A DNA stretch of 64,000 nucleotides from Terriglobia bacterium (GTDB lineage: Bacteria; Acidobacteriota; Terriglobia; 2-12-FULL-54-10). Position numbers and translations under genes: made by a program. Shown in pieces: positions 53,674 to 64,000 of this stretch. The notes beneath the pieces were generated by a model. That model was given only the letters and a program-made list of their open reading frames with translations. It did not search any database and was not told the origin of the DNA. Each line of letters opens with the position of its first letter. Positions within the stretch are counted from its first letter, which is position 1. The stretch is taken from assembly GCA_965222345.1 (NCBI GenBank), contig CBDCTS010000006.1, positions 15,146 to 79,145 of the forward strand, read 5' to 3'.

Positions 53674-54357
53674 TTAGAGCTTTCGGTTCCCTCCGAGTGC
53701 CCGAACATAGTTCTCGCTCATTCCGTGCAGGCTCGTCTCGGCATAGATTTGCGTCGTGGTGATCCGCTTGTGCCGGAGGAACTTCTGCACTTGGTCCAGC
53801 GGCATGCCTGCGTCCAGCAGAATGGTTGCGACGCTCGCACGCAAGCGGTGCGGGGTGACGTTCTTGTCAATGCCCGCCTGCCGGGCAGCGTCCTTGACCA
53901 GCCTCTGGACGTATCGCGCAGTGTATTTGCCAGAGCGGTTGCTTTCGAAAACATAGCCGCTCCGGCGACCGTCCAGATACGTGCGCAGTTCCTGCGCCAG
54001 AGCAGGGAGAATCGGGACGTAGCCGTCGCTCCCACCCTTGGCGTTGGCAAGGTAGATCTGCGGAGGATCGAGTGCCAGATGCAGGTCTTCGATCCGGATC
54101 TGAACAAACTCGCTCACACGGGCACCGGTGTAGAACAGCATCTTCACCAGGAACCCGTACCGGCTGGAATGGCCATAGGCGGTTTCGATCAGCCGTTCGA
54201 CCTCGGCGCGATCCAATCGTTCCACCGTTCGGCGGCGCTCGCGAGGCGCTTCCAAGGCGAGTTCCCGTCGTGTCTGTTCGACGACGTGTTTGGTCTGGTC
54301 GTAGGTTAGGTGATGCTTGCGCCAAAGTTTGGCTGTCTGTCTGGCGACATCTCGCAA
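53674..54357 (-). CDS. Tyrosine recombinase (TnpI-like resolvase)
   Basis: TGARVSE, KGG, HRLR, LRH, TQIY; divergent from tnpA. Confidence 0.88.
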   Translation of the reverse strand: MRDVARQTAKLWRKHHLTYDQTKHVVEQTRRELALEAPRERRRTVERLDRAEVERLIETAYGHSSRYGFLVKMLFYTGARVSEFVQIRIEDLHLALDPPQIYLANAKGGSDGYVPILPALAQELRTYLDGRRSGYVFESNRSGKYTARYVQRLVKDAARQAGIDKNVTPHRLRASVATILLDAGMPLDQVQKFLRHKRITTTQIYAETSLHGMSENYVRALGGNRKL

Positions 54358-54499
54358 GGAGTTCGCTCCCTGGTTTTGACCGCGAACTTCACAGCGCCCG
54401 GAACCGGATTTTTGGCGTGGCAGGTCCTAGGATACGCCGGAAAGTTCGCAGTATGCTCCTTCTGCGAACAATGGATGCTGAGCGCAATCATTTCTATAT

Positions 54500-57334
54500 A
54501 TGAAGAAGGATTGGTGCCCGGACGAGCTGGCTCGACATTGGTCATTGTCCACGGATGAACGAGAGTTGCTCGGCAACAAGAGCGGAGCCACGCGGCTCAA
54601 CTTCGCCATCCTGCTGAAGGCTTTCCAGCTCAACGGACGCTTCCCGGAGCGGCAAGACGAGATAGCCGATGGCATTGTTGCGATCGTGGCCAAACAGGTT
54701 GGAGCGATGCCGGAAATCTATTTCGAAGAGGACTGGAGTGAGAGAACGCAACGGCTCCAACGGGCTCAAGTGCGTGACCATTGCGGCTTTCACGCCTTCC
54801 ACGCAGAGGATGAAGACGCACTGGTCCAATGGTTGAGTGAACGGGTTGTCTCGCCAAACCCAGACGCGGAAGCATTGAAGGCCGCCGCCTATGGGCACTT
54901 GCGCTCGCAGCGGTTGGAGCCGCCTGGACCAGACCGGTTGAGCCGCCTGCTGAGCGCCGCAGTTGACCGGCGCAAGAAACAGTTGGTGACGCACACCGCC
55001 GCACAACTCTCACCTGCCACTCGGACAGCGCTGGATGCTCTCGTGCAAACCGAAGCATCTGAGAGCAAGACCGATCAACTGCCGTTGTTTCCTGTTCGTT
55101 CCGAACTAGCCGCGGTAAGGGACGGTGCTGGCGCGGTGAAGGTGGAGACCGTGCTGGAGGAGATCGACAAGCTGAAGAAGTTGCGCGCTCTCCATCTGCC
55201 AGAGAATCTGTTTCGCGATGTGCCCGGCAAGCTTGTCGCTCACTACCGGCAACGCGCAGCCACGGAACCACCGCGCGAACTGCGGCGGCACCCTCCCGAG
55301 ATGCGCTACACGCTGCTCGCCTCGCTCTGCTGGCAACGGCAGCGTGAGATCACGGACAACCTGGTCGAGTTGCTGATTCGCATTGCGCACCGGGTTGGCG
55401 TTCGGGCTGAGAAGAAGGTGGACAGCGAGTTGCTGAAGTATGTCAAGAAGGTCGCGGGCAAGACGAGACTGCTGTACAGAATCGCCAAGGCGGCTACCGG
55501 CCAGCCGGAGGGCAAGGTAAAGGAGGTGATCTTTCCCGCGGTCAGCGAGGGGACCCTTGAGGACCTGATCAAAGAAATGGAGGCTGATGAAGGGCACGAG
55601 CATCGAGTGAAACTGGTAATGCGCGCTTCCTACAGTCATCACTACCGGCGTATCGTGCCCGCGCTGTTGGACATGCTCTCGTTCCAATGCAACAACGACC
55701 TGCATCGGCCCGTGATGGACGCTCTTTCTCTGCTCGACAGATACAGGGACGATAAGGCCCCGGTTTTCCCGGAGACCGAGAAGGTGCCATTGGACGGTGT
55801 CGTCCGTGACAACTGGCAGGACTTGGTGCTCGACGACAAACACGGCGGCGGCATCAATCGCATCAGCTATGAATGGTGCGTGCTGACGGCGTTGCGTGAG
55901 AAAGTGCGATGCAAGGAAGTGTGGGTGAAAGGCGCTGACCGCTTCCGCAATCCGGACGAGGACTTGCCGGAGGACTTCGATGCGCGTCGCGAGGAGTATT
56001 ACGCGGCCATCGAGCAGCCGCGCGACGCCAAGGTGTTTGTGGAAACACTTCGCCGCAATATGGACGCGGCGCTGGACGCGTTGAACTTGAACTTGCCCAG
56101 CAACCCCAAGGTCTCCATCGTCACCACGAAACGGGGCAAGGGTCGCATCTCCCCGACGCCGCTGGATGAGCAGCCAGAGCCGCCCAACATCGTTAAGCTG
56201 ACCGCCGCCTTGCTGGATCACTGGCCCATGACAAACCTGCTGGACATCCTGAAAGAGACGGAGTTGCGAGTGCGTTTCACCGACGTGTTCCGGACGCTTG
56301 GATCGCGCGAGGTGCTTACAGCCGACGTGTTGCAGCGCCGCTTATTGTTGTGCCTGCACGGGTTGGGCACCAATGCTGGCCTTAAGCGAATGTGCAGCGG
56401 TGGCGGCGAGGATAGTCACGGTGACCTGCACTACATCCGGCGGCGCTATATCACCAAAGAACACATGCGGGCGGCCATCGCCAAGGTGTGCAATGCGATT
56501 TTTCAGGTCCGCAATCCGGACATTTGGGGCGAAGCCACCACGGCGTGCGCGTCCGACTCGAAGAAGTTCGGAGCGTGGGATCAGAACCTGATGACCGAGT
56601 GGCATGTGCGCTACGGCGGTCGGGGAGTGATGATCTACTGGCATGTGGAAAAGCACTCCGTATGCATTTACTCACAGCTCAAAACCTGCTCGTCGTCAGA
56701 GGTCTCGGCGATGGTTGAGGGGGTGCTGCGCCACGACACTGAGATGGATGTGGAAAAGCAATACGTCGATACTCACGGGCAGAGTGAAGTTGGATTTGCC
56801 TTCTGCTATCTGCTGGGGTTCGCCCTGCTGCCGCGCTTGAAGAACCTCAAGAAGCAGCGGCTCTACCGGCCTCACAATGGCCATCCCGGCAAGTACGCCA
56901 ATCTGCAAGCAATCCTGACGAGGCCGATCAATTGGGAGATTATCGAGCAGCAGTACGATGAACTGATCAAGTTCGCCACGGCGTTGCGGCTAGGGACGGC
57001 TGACGCCGAGTCGATCCTGCGGCGCTTCACCAAGAACAACGTCCAACACCCGACCTAATAAGGCGCTGTGCGAGTTGGGCAAGGCGCTGAAAACCGTGTT
57101 CCTATGCGACTACCTGCGTCTGGAATCGCTTCGCCGTGAGATTCACGAAGGCCTTCAGGTCATCGAGAACTGGAACAGCGCCAATGATTTCATCTTGTAT
57201 GGTAAGGGCGGAGAGTTCGCCACCAACCGGCTGGAGGATCAAGAGATTCTGATGCTTTCGTTGCACCTGCTCCAGGTGGGCCTGGTGTATGTGAACACGC
57301 TGATGATCCAGCAGGTCCTCGCCGAGCCGGAGTG
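54500..57334 (+). pseudogene. tnpA: Tn3 transposase, frameshifted at 57056 and truncated by another Tn3
   Basis: SDSKK, DTHG; PT-TAA-TAAG where PTYKAL is expected; continues LGKALKT..ENWN. Confidence 0.9.
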
Positions 57335-57367
57335 TGGGTATCAGGCAGATCGGTGCGATTTTGCACG

Positions 57368-57937
57368 CTAAGCGGAGCCTTTCTGATGAGCGTTGAGGTG
57401 CCGATAGAGCGTCGAGCGGTGGATACCAAACTGCTCCGCCACCTGACGTGTTGAGATGGCTGGGTCGGCCGTCATCGCCTCGGCCATGAGGATCTGTTCA
57501 GGCGTGAGTGCTCGCGGCCGTCCGATGGCCACGCCCCGCTTGTGGGCGGCGGCGAGGCCGGCACGGGTGCGCTCGCGGATCATGTCGCGCTCGAACTCGG
57601 CGAGTGCGGCAAAGATGTGAAACGTGAGCTTGCCGGCGGGTGTTGTCGTGTCGATGGCTTCCTGGAGGGACCGTAATCCGACCCCGCGGTCCTGGAGCGA
57701 GTTCACCACATCAATCAGATCGCGGAGGGAGCGCCCAAGGCGGTCGAGTTTCCACACCACGACGACATCGCCCTTGCGCGCGAACGCGAGGAGCTTCTCT
57801 CTCGCCGGGAGAGTCGTACTGGTGCCGGAGAGCTTCTCGCGGAAGAGCTTCTCGCAGCCACCGTCGGTGAGCGCGTCGTGCTGGAGTCGCAGCGTCTGGT
57901 CTTGGGTGGAGACCCGTGCATACCCAATGAGCATCAT
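57368..57937 (-). CDS. tnpR: Serine resolvase
   Basis: [22 protein letters not shown]. Confidence 0.93.
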   Translation of the reverse strand: MMLIGYARVSTQDQTLRLQHDALTDGGCEKLFREKLSGTSTTLPAREKLLAFARKGDVVVVWKLDRLGRSLRDLIDVVNSLQDRGVGLRSLQEAIDTTTPAGKLTFHIFAALAEFERDMIRERTRAGLAAAHKRGVAIGRPRALTPEQILMAEAMTADPAISTRQVAEQFGIHRSTLYRHLNAHQKGSA

Positions 57938-58100
57938 CACCCCCCTGTCTGGGTGTCGCAGAAAGCCCGCGACCCCGTAGAATTGCAACAATGACTTATG
58001 CGACAGGGTTTTGCAACGCGATCAGCGTCCTGATCCTGCGTCGTGAGCCTTCCCCGTTACCTGTCGCAAAACCGACCGGTTTTACGACGGGTGCCCCCCG

Positions 58101-61016
58101 ATGACATTCAACCGTCACGACCTCGCCCAACGGGCGACCCTCGACGCGGTTGATCTTGCGGAGGTTCAGGGCTGCCGGCGCGCGCACAACCAGCTCGGCT
58201 TCGCTTACCAAGTCGGCTTTGTGCGCCTACTCAACCGCTTCCCGAAGCAGGAGCCCTTCGAGGTTCTCGATGAGCTTCTGCTATTCACGGGCATGCAGCT
58301 CGGGGTCGACTCGACTCTCATTGAGGAATACCGACGGCGACGTCAAACGATCTCCGAGCACCAGCAGCGGATCGCGCGCTACCGAGGTCTCTGTCACTTC
58401 GGCGCCGAGGAGCGTCGGCGGCTCGAGGCCTTCGTGTTTGAAGCGGCCACGCGCTTGGAGCAGACGTCGTCCCTCCATAAACGCGCCGAGGAGTTCCTCG
58501 CGGAGCAACGAATCCTGCGCCCGCGCGCGTCCACCATAGGTCGCCTCGTGGGCGAACAGCGCCAACAGGCCCGGGACCGGCTCGTTGACCGTTTGGCGAA
58601 GAGCGTGTCTGACGAGATGGCTCGCCATCTCGATACGCTCCTCGTCGTGAGGGATGGCGAGTCCGTGTCACCACTCCACGCGATCAAGTCCAATCCCGGC
58701 CATCCCTCGGTGGAATCGATGCGGGTCGCTGTCCGGAAGCTCGGGCTGATCGAGGAGACGGGCGTCCTCGACCTGGACCTCTCGTGGCTGAACAGCAACT
58801 ATCAGCGAGCGCTCTTCCACAAGGTCCGCAAATCGTCCGCCCATCGGTTGCGCGAGCTGAAAGAACCCGTGCGCCGGGCCGTCCTCGCCTGCTTCCTCTG
58901 GCAGAGTTACGGCGATGCCGTCGACCACGTCGTGGTGATGTTCTCGAAGTTCATGACGAAAATGGAGCGCCAGGCCGACGACGCGCTCGACGCACAGTTA
59001 GGCCAGCACAAGAACACGATTTATTCGGCCTTAGGGGCCCTCGTGCGCCTGGGTCCGCTGATTCTCGATGAGACGCTCCCGGAGCACGGGCTGCGCGCGA
59101 AGCTCTTTGCGCAAGTGCCGCGGGACGAACTCGCTGAGCGCGTCGCGCGCGCCACCGAATGGGTGTCGGGCCGAAAGAGCGACGCGCTGCACGGCGTGGT
59201 CTCGCGGTACGGCACTCTCCGGAGGTTTACCCCCGCCTTTCTCGAGGCGGTCTCGTTCCTTCAGGAAGACGGGAGCGAGAACGGGCCCTGTCTCCAGGCC
59301 CTCGCGGTGCTCCGGGATCTGAACGCCTCGAACAAGCGCAAACTCCCCACGGGAACGGCAACCGCATTCTTGTCGACGCGGTGGAAGCGGGTCATTGGCT
59401 CAGGCGACGCGGTGCGCCGCCCGGCGTGGGAGTGCGCGGTTCTCATGAAAACCCGCGACGAAATTCGGGCGGGCAATCTCGCCGTGCGGTACAGCAAGCG
59501 CTTTGGTCACCTCGATGACTTCTTCATCCCAGATGAGCAGTGGGAGACGGCCCGCGCTCGGTTCTTCGCTCGGTCGGGTCTGCCGGCGACGGCGGTCGAC
59601 GCGCCGGCGTACCTTGAACGACGTCTCAGCGACGCGTTCGATCGGTTCCTCGCAGCCGCCCCGACCAACGACTACGCCAGCGTCACGGAACAGGGATGGC
59701 AGCTGTCGGTCGATGCCACCGATCGGCTCGACGACGGAGACGCCGACCAGCTCGCTCACCTCCAGCGGTGGCTGGCGACGCACATGCGAAAGGTTCGTCT
59801 TCCGGACCTGCTGATCGAAGTCGACAACGATCTGGAATTCACGCGGCACTTCCTGCCGCCGTCCCGCCAACCGGATCCGGCGCCGGAGGAGATCTGTGTC
59901 ATCCTCGCCGCCGTCATGGCCCATGGGTGCAACATCGGCCCGCACACCATGGCGCAGCTCACCGCCGATGTCACCTACGAGCAGCTCAAGCGCGTCGGGG
60001 ACTGGCAACTCACCCGGGACACCCAGCGCGAAGCGCTCGGTGTCCTCGTCAAGGCAATCGCCGGCCTCGACACCTCGCTCTACTGGGGCGAGGGAACGAC
60101 CTCGGCGAGCGACGGGCAACGGTATTCGCTGCGGAGAAAAGTCCTGCAAAAGACCTACAGTCCACGGTTCAGCGATTTCGCGCTTGAGTTCTACAGCTTC
60201 GTCGCCGACAACTACGCCCCCTTCTTCAGCACGCCCATCGAGTGCACGGATCGGGATGCGGCGACCGTCCTGGACGGGCTCCTTTACAACGAGAGCGACC
60301 TCGAGATCGAGGAGCACTACACGGACACCCACGGCTACACCGACATCAATTTTGCCGCGTTCGCGATGCTCGGACGTCGCTTCAGCCCGAGGATTCGGGG
60401 CCTCAAAAAGCAGCGGCTCTACCGGGTCGACACGCGCGACTACGGCATTCTCGGGAGCCTCGTGGGCCGAGCGGATCGGAAGATCGACACACGAGGGATC
60501 GCCGACCAATGGGATCGGCTCGGTCATTTCTACGCCTCGCTTGAATCCGGACACACCACCGCCTCGGTCGCCCTGAGACGTCTCGCCGGGTTCAGTGCGA
60601 AGAACGGCTTTTATCGCGCCAACCGCGATCTCGGTCGGATCCTCAAGACCGAGTTCATCCTCCAATACATGTCCGAGCCTGCGCTCCGGTCGCGCATCCG
60701 ACGCGGCCTCCTGAAGGTCGAGCAGATGCACGCTCTTGCGCGCGACGTGTTCTACGGGAACCGGGGTCATATCAACGCCCGCGATCTCTGGGAGCAGATG
60801 AATAGCTGTAGCTGCCTCACCCTGATCGTGGCGTGCATCATCTACTGGCAGGCCAAAGACATCTCTCGCGTCATTCGCACGGCCGATCCGGAGCGCCACG
60901 GAATCGAGCTCTCTCTGTTGCGCCACGTCAGCCCAATCGAGTGGAACAACATCGTCCTGTACGGTGAGTATGTCCTCAATCGCAGACTCGTCCGGCGGTC
61001 GCGCTCACGGCCTTAG
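58101..61016 (+). CDS. tnpA: Tn3 transposase
   Basis: 971 aa; SDGQ, TDTHG, SPIEW.NI.LYGEY. Confidence 0.95.
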   Translation: MTFNRHDLAQRATLDAVDLAEVQGCRRAHNQLGFAYQVGFVRLLNRFPKQEPFEVLDELLLFTGMQLGVDSTLIEEYRRRRQTISEHQQRIARYRGLCHFGAEERRRLEAFVFEAATRLEQTSSLHKRAEEFLAEQRILRPRASTIGRLVGEQRQQARDRLVDRLAKSVSDEMARHLDTLLVVRDGESVSPLHAIKSNPGHPSVESMRVAVRKLGLIEETGVLDLDLSWLNSNYQRALFHKVRKSSAHRLRELKEPVRRAVLACFLWQSYGDAVDHVVVMFSKFMTKMERQADDALDAQLGQHKNTIYSALGALVRLGPLILDETLPEHGLRAKLFAQVPRDELAERVARATEWVSGRKSDALHGVVSRYGTLRRFTPAFLEAVSFLQEDGSENGPCLQALAVLRDLNASNKRKLPTGTATAFLSTRWKRVIGSGDAVRRPAWECAVLMKTRDEIRAGNLAVRYSKRFGHLDDFFIPDEQWETARARFFARSGLPATAVDAPAYLERRLSDAFDRFLAAAPTNDYASVTEQGWQLSVDATDRLDDGDADQLAHLQRWLATHMRKVRLPDLLIEVDNDLEFTRHFLPPSRQPDPAPEEICVILAAVMAHGCNIGPHTMAQLTADVTYEQLKRVGDWQLTRDTQREALGVLVKAIAGLDTSLYWGEGTTSASDGQRYSLRRKVLQKTYSPRFSDFALEFYSFVADNYAPFFSTPIECTDRDAATVLDGLLYNESDLEIEEHYTDTHGYTDINFAAFAMLGRRFSPRIRGLKKQRLYRVDTRDYGILGSLVGRADRKIDTRGIADQWDRLGHFYASLESGHTTASVALRRLAGFSAKNGFYRANRDLGRILKTEFILQYMSEPALRSRIRRGLLKVEQMHALARDVFYGNRGHINARDLWEQMNSCSCLTLIVACIIYWQAKDISRVIRTADPERHGIELSLLRHVSPIEWNNIVLYGEYVLNRRLVRRSRSRP

Positions 61017-61049
61017 CGTGCAAAATCGCACCAATCTGCCTGATACCCT

Positions 61050-61199
61050 AAGTCCGCCATACCACGCTAGGCCCATCCAATAATCGGTGAAGATGATTTG
61101 AAAGTGAGGTTCGAGAAAAGCGAAGTGTTCTCCGCCAATCATCGCGGCGACGGCAAGGATGATGGCCGTGAAGCCAACACTAATCTTCCACGGCTGCAT
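61050..61199 (-). pseudogene. Membrane protein N-terminus truncated by Tn3
   Basis: MQPWKISVGFTAIILAVAAM, runs into the IR. Confidence 0.45.
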
Positions 61200-61214
61200 T
61201 GCGGGAATCTCCCT

Positions 61215-62108
61215 TTAGAGTTCGATAGACCCTTTATCTCGTGTGCCGCCGCCTCCGCCGCCCTCGTCTTGGCCGAGGGATCGGGCTATCCGCGCCGCCG
61301 CCCGTCCGTTGCTTCCATGCACGGCAAACCCGGCGGCAGCTTTCGCGGCGATACTCTTGGCGCTGTAGTGCTCGGTCGCAACCTCGACGTTGACGCGCCC
61401 GCTGCGGCCTTCAACATCGAGATATTCAAGCTGCGCGTCCGGGTACTCCACGCGGCCATCCTTGATGGATAGACCTAGCGCCTCCGCCGCCTCCAAGCGT
61501 GCGGCGTCCGCCGCCTGCTTTCCGCCTCGCGCCCTCGCGCTTTCCGTAGCGCGGGCGATCTCGCGCTTGAGTTCGGCGTCAATGCGGATACGCTTGATCG
61601 TTGCTCCCTGTTCGAGTAGCTTCATTTGCTCGATCCTCGCGGCGCGAAATACAGCCACGTCATGTTGAAGCTCGCCGGGCTTCACAAGCCCGCTCCATGC
61701 CTTCTGTTGGGAATCAAGCCCCTGGTCGCGGGCTACGCGCTCCGCCCGCTCCACTCCGCGCTCGGTGAGCGTCAGCACTTTGTAGCTGCCGCCTTGCGGT
61801 CCCTCGGCGTTATGCTCCCGGACGTGACCGGCCCGGACCATCTGATCCACGGCCCGCCGCGCCGCGTAGGGGTGTCCCTCAAAGTGAGCGTCCGCCACGT
61901 CGCGGTAGGCGACGTTGCGGTACATTCCCACGTCCGCTATCGCTCGATCCGTGCGGTCCTGGAAGGTCTGCCGCTTCGTCCCGCGGGGATCGTATTCGCG
62001 CCGGTGGCCGTTGCGCTCCCGGTCCTCGCGCTCTTTCGCGTGGTCGCGCCTGGGGCGAGCTTCGGGCCGGGTCCGGGGATCGGCGGCAAAGTCTCGCGGA
62101 TCAAACAC
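61215..62108 (-). CDS. wHTH plus PD-(D/E)xK-like protein (replication-relaxation/MOBC-like)
   Basis: HD.AV, YPDAQLEY...VNVEVATEHY. Confidence 0.55.
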   Translation of the reverse strand: MFDPRDFAADPRTRPEARPRRDHAKEREDRERNGHRREYDPRGTKRQTFQDRTDRAIADVGMYRNVAYRDVADAHFEGHPYAARRAVDQMVRAGHVREHNAEGPQGGSYKVLTLTERGVERAERVARDQGLDSQQKAWSGLVKPGELQHDVAVFRAARIEQMKLLEQGATIKRIRIDAELKREIARATESARARGGKQAADAARLEAAEALGLSIKDGRVEYPDAQLEYLDVEGRSGRVNVEVATEHYSAKSIAAKAAAGFAVHGSNGRAAARIARSLGQDEGGGGGGTRDKGSIEL

Positions 62109-62117
62109 GGTGGCTCC

Positions 62118-63206
62118 TTAACGGTTCGGCCCTACGTCGTGCTGTTGCGCTTGAGCGGGTTGCTGCTCCGGCGATTGCTTTGGCGTTTGGCTGATTTGCG
62201 GCCCGCGAGCATGGGAGTATTCCTGGGTCAACTCGGCCCGCGTTTTTTCCTTGCTCGGCGTCGCAACCGCACGGTTGATAGCCCGCTCCATGAGGTGATC
62301 GGTCATCTTCTGCGCGTCTCGCGCTGCTCTATGAATCTCATGCGGGTCTTTTTCGAGCGCCTTGACCCAGCCCTCGACATAGGCCGCGCCGCGTTGCGGG
62401 TCATGGCCCACGCCTACGCGCTCCCCGGTCATCATGGCGCTGATCTCGGCCCGCAATTCTTCGCGGGCGTATTCCGGCGATCCGAAGCCTTTTTCTAATC
62501 CGTCTTTGAGTGTTTGGCGGTTCATGCGATCCGGGTGGCCGGTTCCATGGCCGCACTCGTGAAGCGCCGTCTGGTAGTAGCCGTTGCGGGTGGGGAATTG
62601 GCCCGGCTCCGGGAGCACTATTTTGTCCTCGGCCATGCGATAGTAGGCGCGATCTCCGGCGACGTGCTCGACAGTCGGCCCGCTGGCCGCGATCACTTTC
62701 TCGGCGTCTCGATGAGCATCCCATTCGGGCCGGACTTGGCCTTCTCGTGGCTTCAATTCCAAGCCCTCGGCTTGCTCCACGTTAAACACCGTGTACTGCT
62801 TACAGATAGGCTTCTCGCGCTTTTGTTCTTCGTAGATCGTCTTGCCTTCCTTGTTCTTCATCGTCTGCCCGTTCTCGTCCTTCGCGGCCCGCGAGTTGCG
62901 ATCCGTGAAGAACAAGACCTGCGTTCCTTTCTCGCCCTTGCGGACCTGCCCGCCCGCTTCCCGAATCTGGTTGTACGTTCCCCAACGGTTATCTCCCCGT
63001 CCATCGCGGATCGCGCGGCTCATCAAGTAGAGGCTGTTGCCGCCGCTGTACTTCTTGCCGGTTGAGAAGTTTTCGGCGCTGATCTGTTCTCCCGGCTTCC
63101 ACGGCTTCTGCCAGGGCGCAACTCCGCGCTTGATCTGGTCAATGATTTCGTCGGAGACTTTCTTCGCGTAGTCTTCCCCGCGCTGCCAAAAGGATTTCTT
63201 CGCCAT
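62118..63206 (-). CDS. ardC: ArdC anti-restriction ssDNA-binding/zincin protein
   Basis: PWQKPW, WGTYNQ, ALHECGH.TGH, YAREELRAE. Confidence 0.88.
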   Translation of the reverse strand: MAKKSFWQRGEDYAKKVSDEIIDQIKRGVAPWQKPWKPGEQISAENFSTGKKYSGGNSLYLMSRAIRDGRGDNRWGTYNQIREAGGQVRKGEKGTQVLFFTDRNSRAAKDENGQTMKNKEGKTIYEEQKREKPICKQYTVFNVEQAEGLELKPREGQVRPEWDAHRDAEKVIAASGPTVEHVAGDRAYYRMAEDKIVLPEPGQFPTRNGYYQTALHECGHGTGHPDRMNRQTLKDGLEKGFGSPEYAREELRAEISAMMTGERVGVGHDPQRGAAYVEGWVKALEKDPHEIHRAARDAQKMTDHLMERAINRAVATPSKEKTRAELTQEYSHARGPQISQTPKQSPEQQPAQAQQHDVGPNR

Positions 63207-63221
63207 AGTGCGCCTCCATTC

Positions 63222-63416
63222 CTAGTCGTGACGGTCGTAACGCGCCGCGTCGATCTCCGCCACGGTTCCCACGTCCTCATTCATCGGTACTCCGATTTCA
63301 TCCGCGAGCTTCCGCGTCACCTCAACCGCGAACCCCCGGTTCAACGCCTCGTGAAACTCGGCCTCGGTTGTGGCCGTGACGTACTTCTCGCCGTTCTCTT
63401 CCTTTTTTTGAATCAC
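63222..63416 (-). CDS. Small hypothetical protein upstream of ardC
   Basis: GAGGGAG RBS; same orientation as ardC. Confidence 0.5.
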   Translation of the reverse strand: MIQKKEENGEKYVTATTEAEFHEALNRGFAVEVTRKLADEIGVPMNEDVGTVAEIDAARYDRHD

Positions 63417-63447
63417 GGTTTCTCCCTCTCCTGGTTGTCAGCACCCC

Positions 63448-63930
63448 TCACGAAGTGAGGATTTCCTTGCGGGTGCGGCCGCAGATGATGCAGGCGGGTT
63501 CGAATTCTGGGCAGTCGGCATATCGAGCCTCCCCGCGGAAGCTTTCCGGTCCGTTTTCGGACCGGGAAAGCTCCGCTACCGTGATACTGCCCGAATCGTA
63601 GGTCGCGGGGGAAGTATGATCCGTCACGCGCCGCAGGCTGCGGCGTTCCCGGTAGGCTCGTTGCCGGTCGCGGTGATCGAGCCGTCCTTCCCGGCTTTGC
63701 TGGTGCCGCCGGTTGGCGGCCCGCCGTTGTTGCCGCCGCGCTTTCCGCCGGCAGCGCTCGCCGCAGTATTGGTGCCCCCGGTCACAATGACGGCAGATCC
63801 AGAACACCGCGCCACAGTCGGCCCCCCGGCAAAACCGTTGACGCAGGGGCTCTTCGCCGGTCCCCATCCCCGCCCTTCTGGCGGGACTCGACAACCGCGA
63901 CTCGGCATGGCAATCTCGACCCCATCTGCA
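63448..63930 (-). mobile_element. Left end of an IS21-like element with its Cys-rich accessory ORF
   Basis: TG-starting end with repeated GTCGAG; FWICRHCDRGHQYC...RR.ANRRHQ; transposase missing. Confidence 0.5.
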
Positions 63931-63952
63931 GATGCCCTTTTTACCCTCCGCG

Positions 63953-64000
63953 GCGCTGAACGCGCGCCCCTTCTATCCGGGGAACATGGGAGAATAAGGC
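63953..64000 (+). promoter_or_regulatory. repA promoter copy (another repA probably starts at 64001)
   Basis: Identical to the 48 nt before the repA ATG at 12758. Confidence 0.8.

Larger units (their letters stand above)
57335..61049 (+). mobile_element. Complete Tn3-family transposon
   Basis: 38-bp IRs at 57335-57372 and 61012-61049 (2 mismatches); divergent tnpR/tnpA; no clean TSD. Confidence 0.92.

Noticed and set aside
59400-60926. 508-aa antisense ORF (likewise 55106-56221, 32433-33332, 4431-5402)
   Set aside because: Shadow frames opposite well-supported genes in GC-rich DNA

Overview
A GC-rich 64-kb mosaic of plasmid/ICE-derived DNA with no housekeeping operons, rRNA, tRNA or CRISPR arrays. 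Bases 1-12.3 kb form a defence island: a Fic protein, a Dsr1-like sirtuin broken by ISL3, an HD-CE/GHKL ATPase, a HEPN protein and two toxin-antitoxin (TA) pairs. The rest is a multi-replicon graveyard with two intact and several broken RepA genes and their origins, two ParA modules, mobilisation/conjugation genes (VirD4-like, VirB11-like, thermonuclease, MobC, MbeD, ArdC, a putative wHTH/PD-(D/E)xK relaxase), a few envelope cargo genes and many IS and Tn3 elements. The most unusual signals are non-coding. (i) A ~360-bp element occurs in three copies, each with its own heptamer swapped in concert at five fixed positions. (ii) A second three-copy element combines a long hairpin with an oriT-like motif, and one copy is invaded by an RT-less group IIC intron. 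(iii) A 12.2-kb IS21-bounded inversion split a repA gene from its origin. All protein family calls come from motif recognition by eye; no database searches were run.
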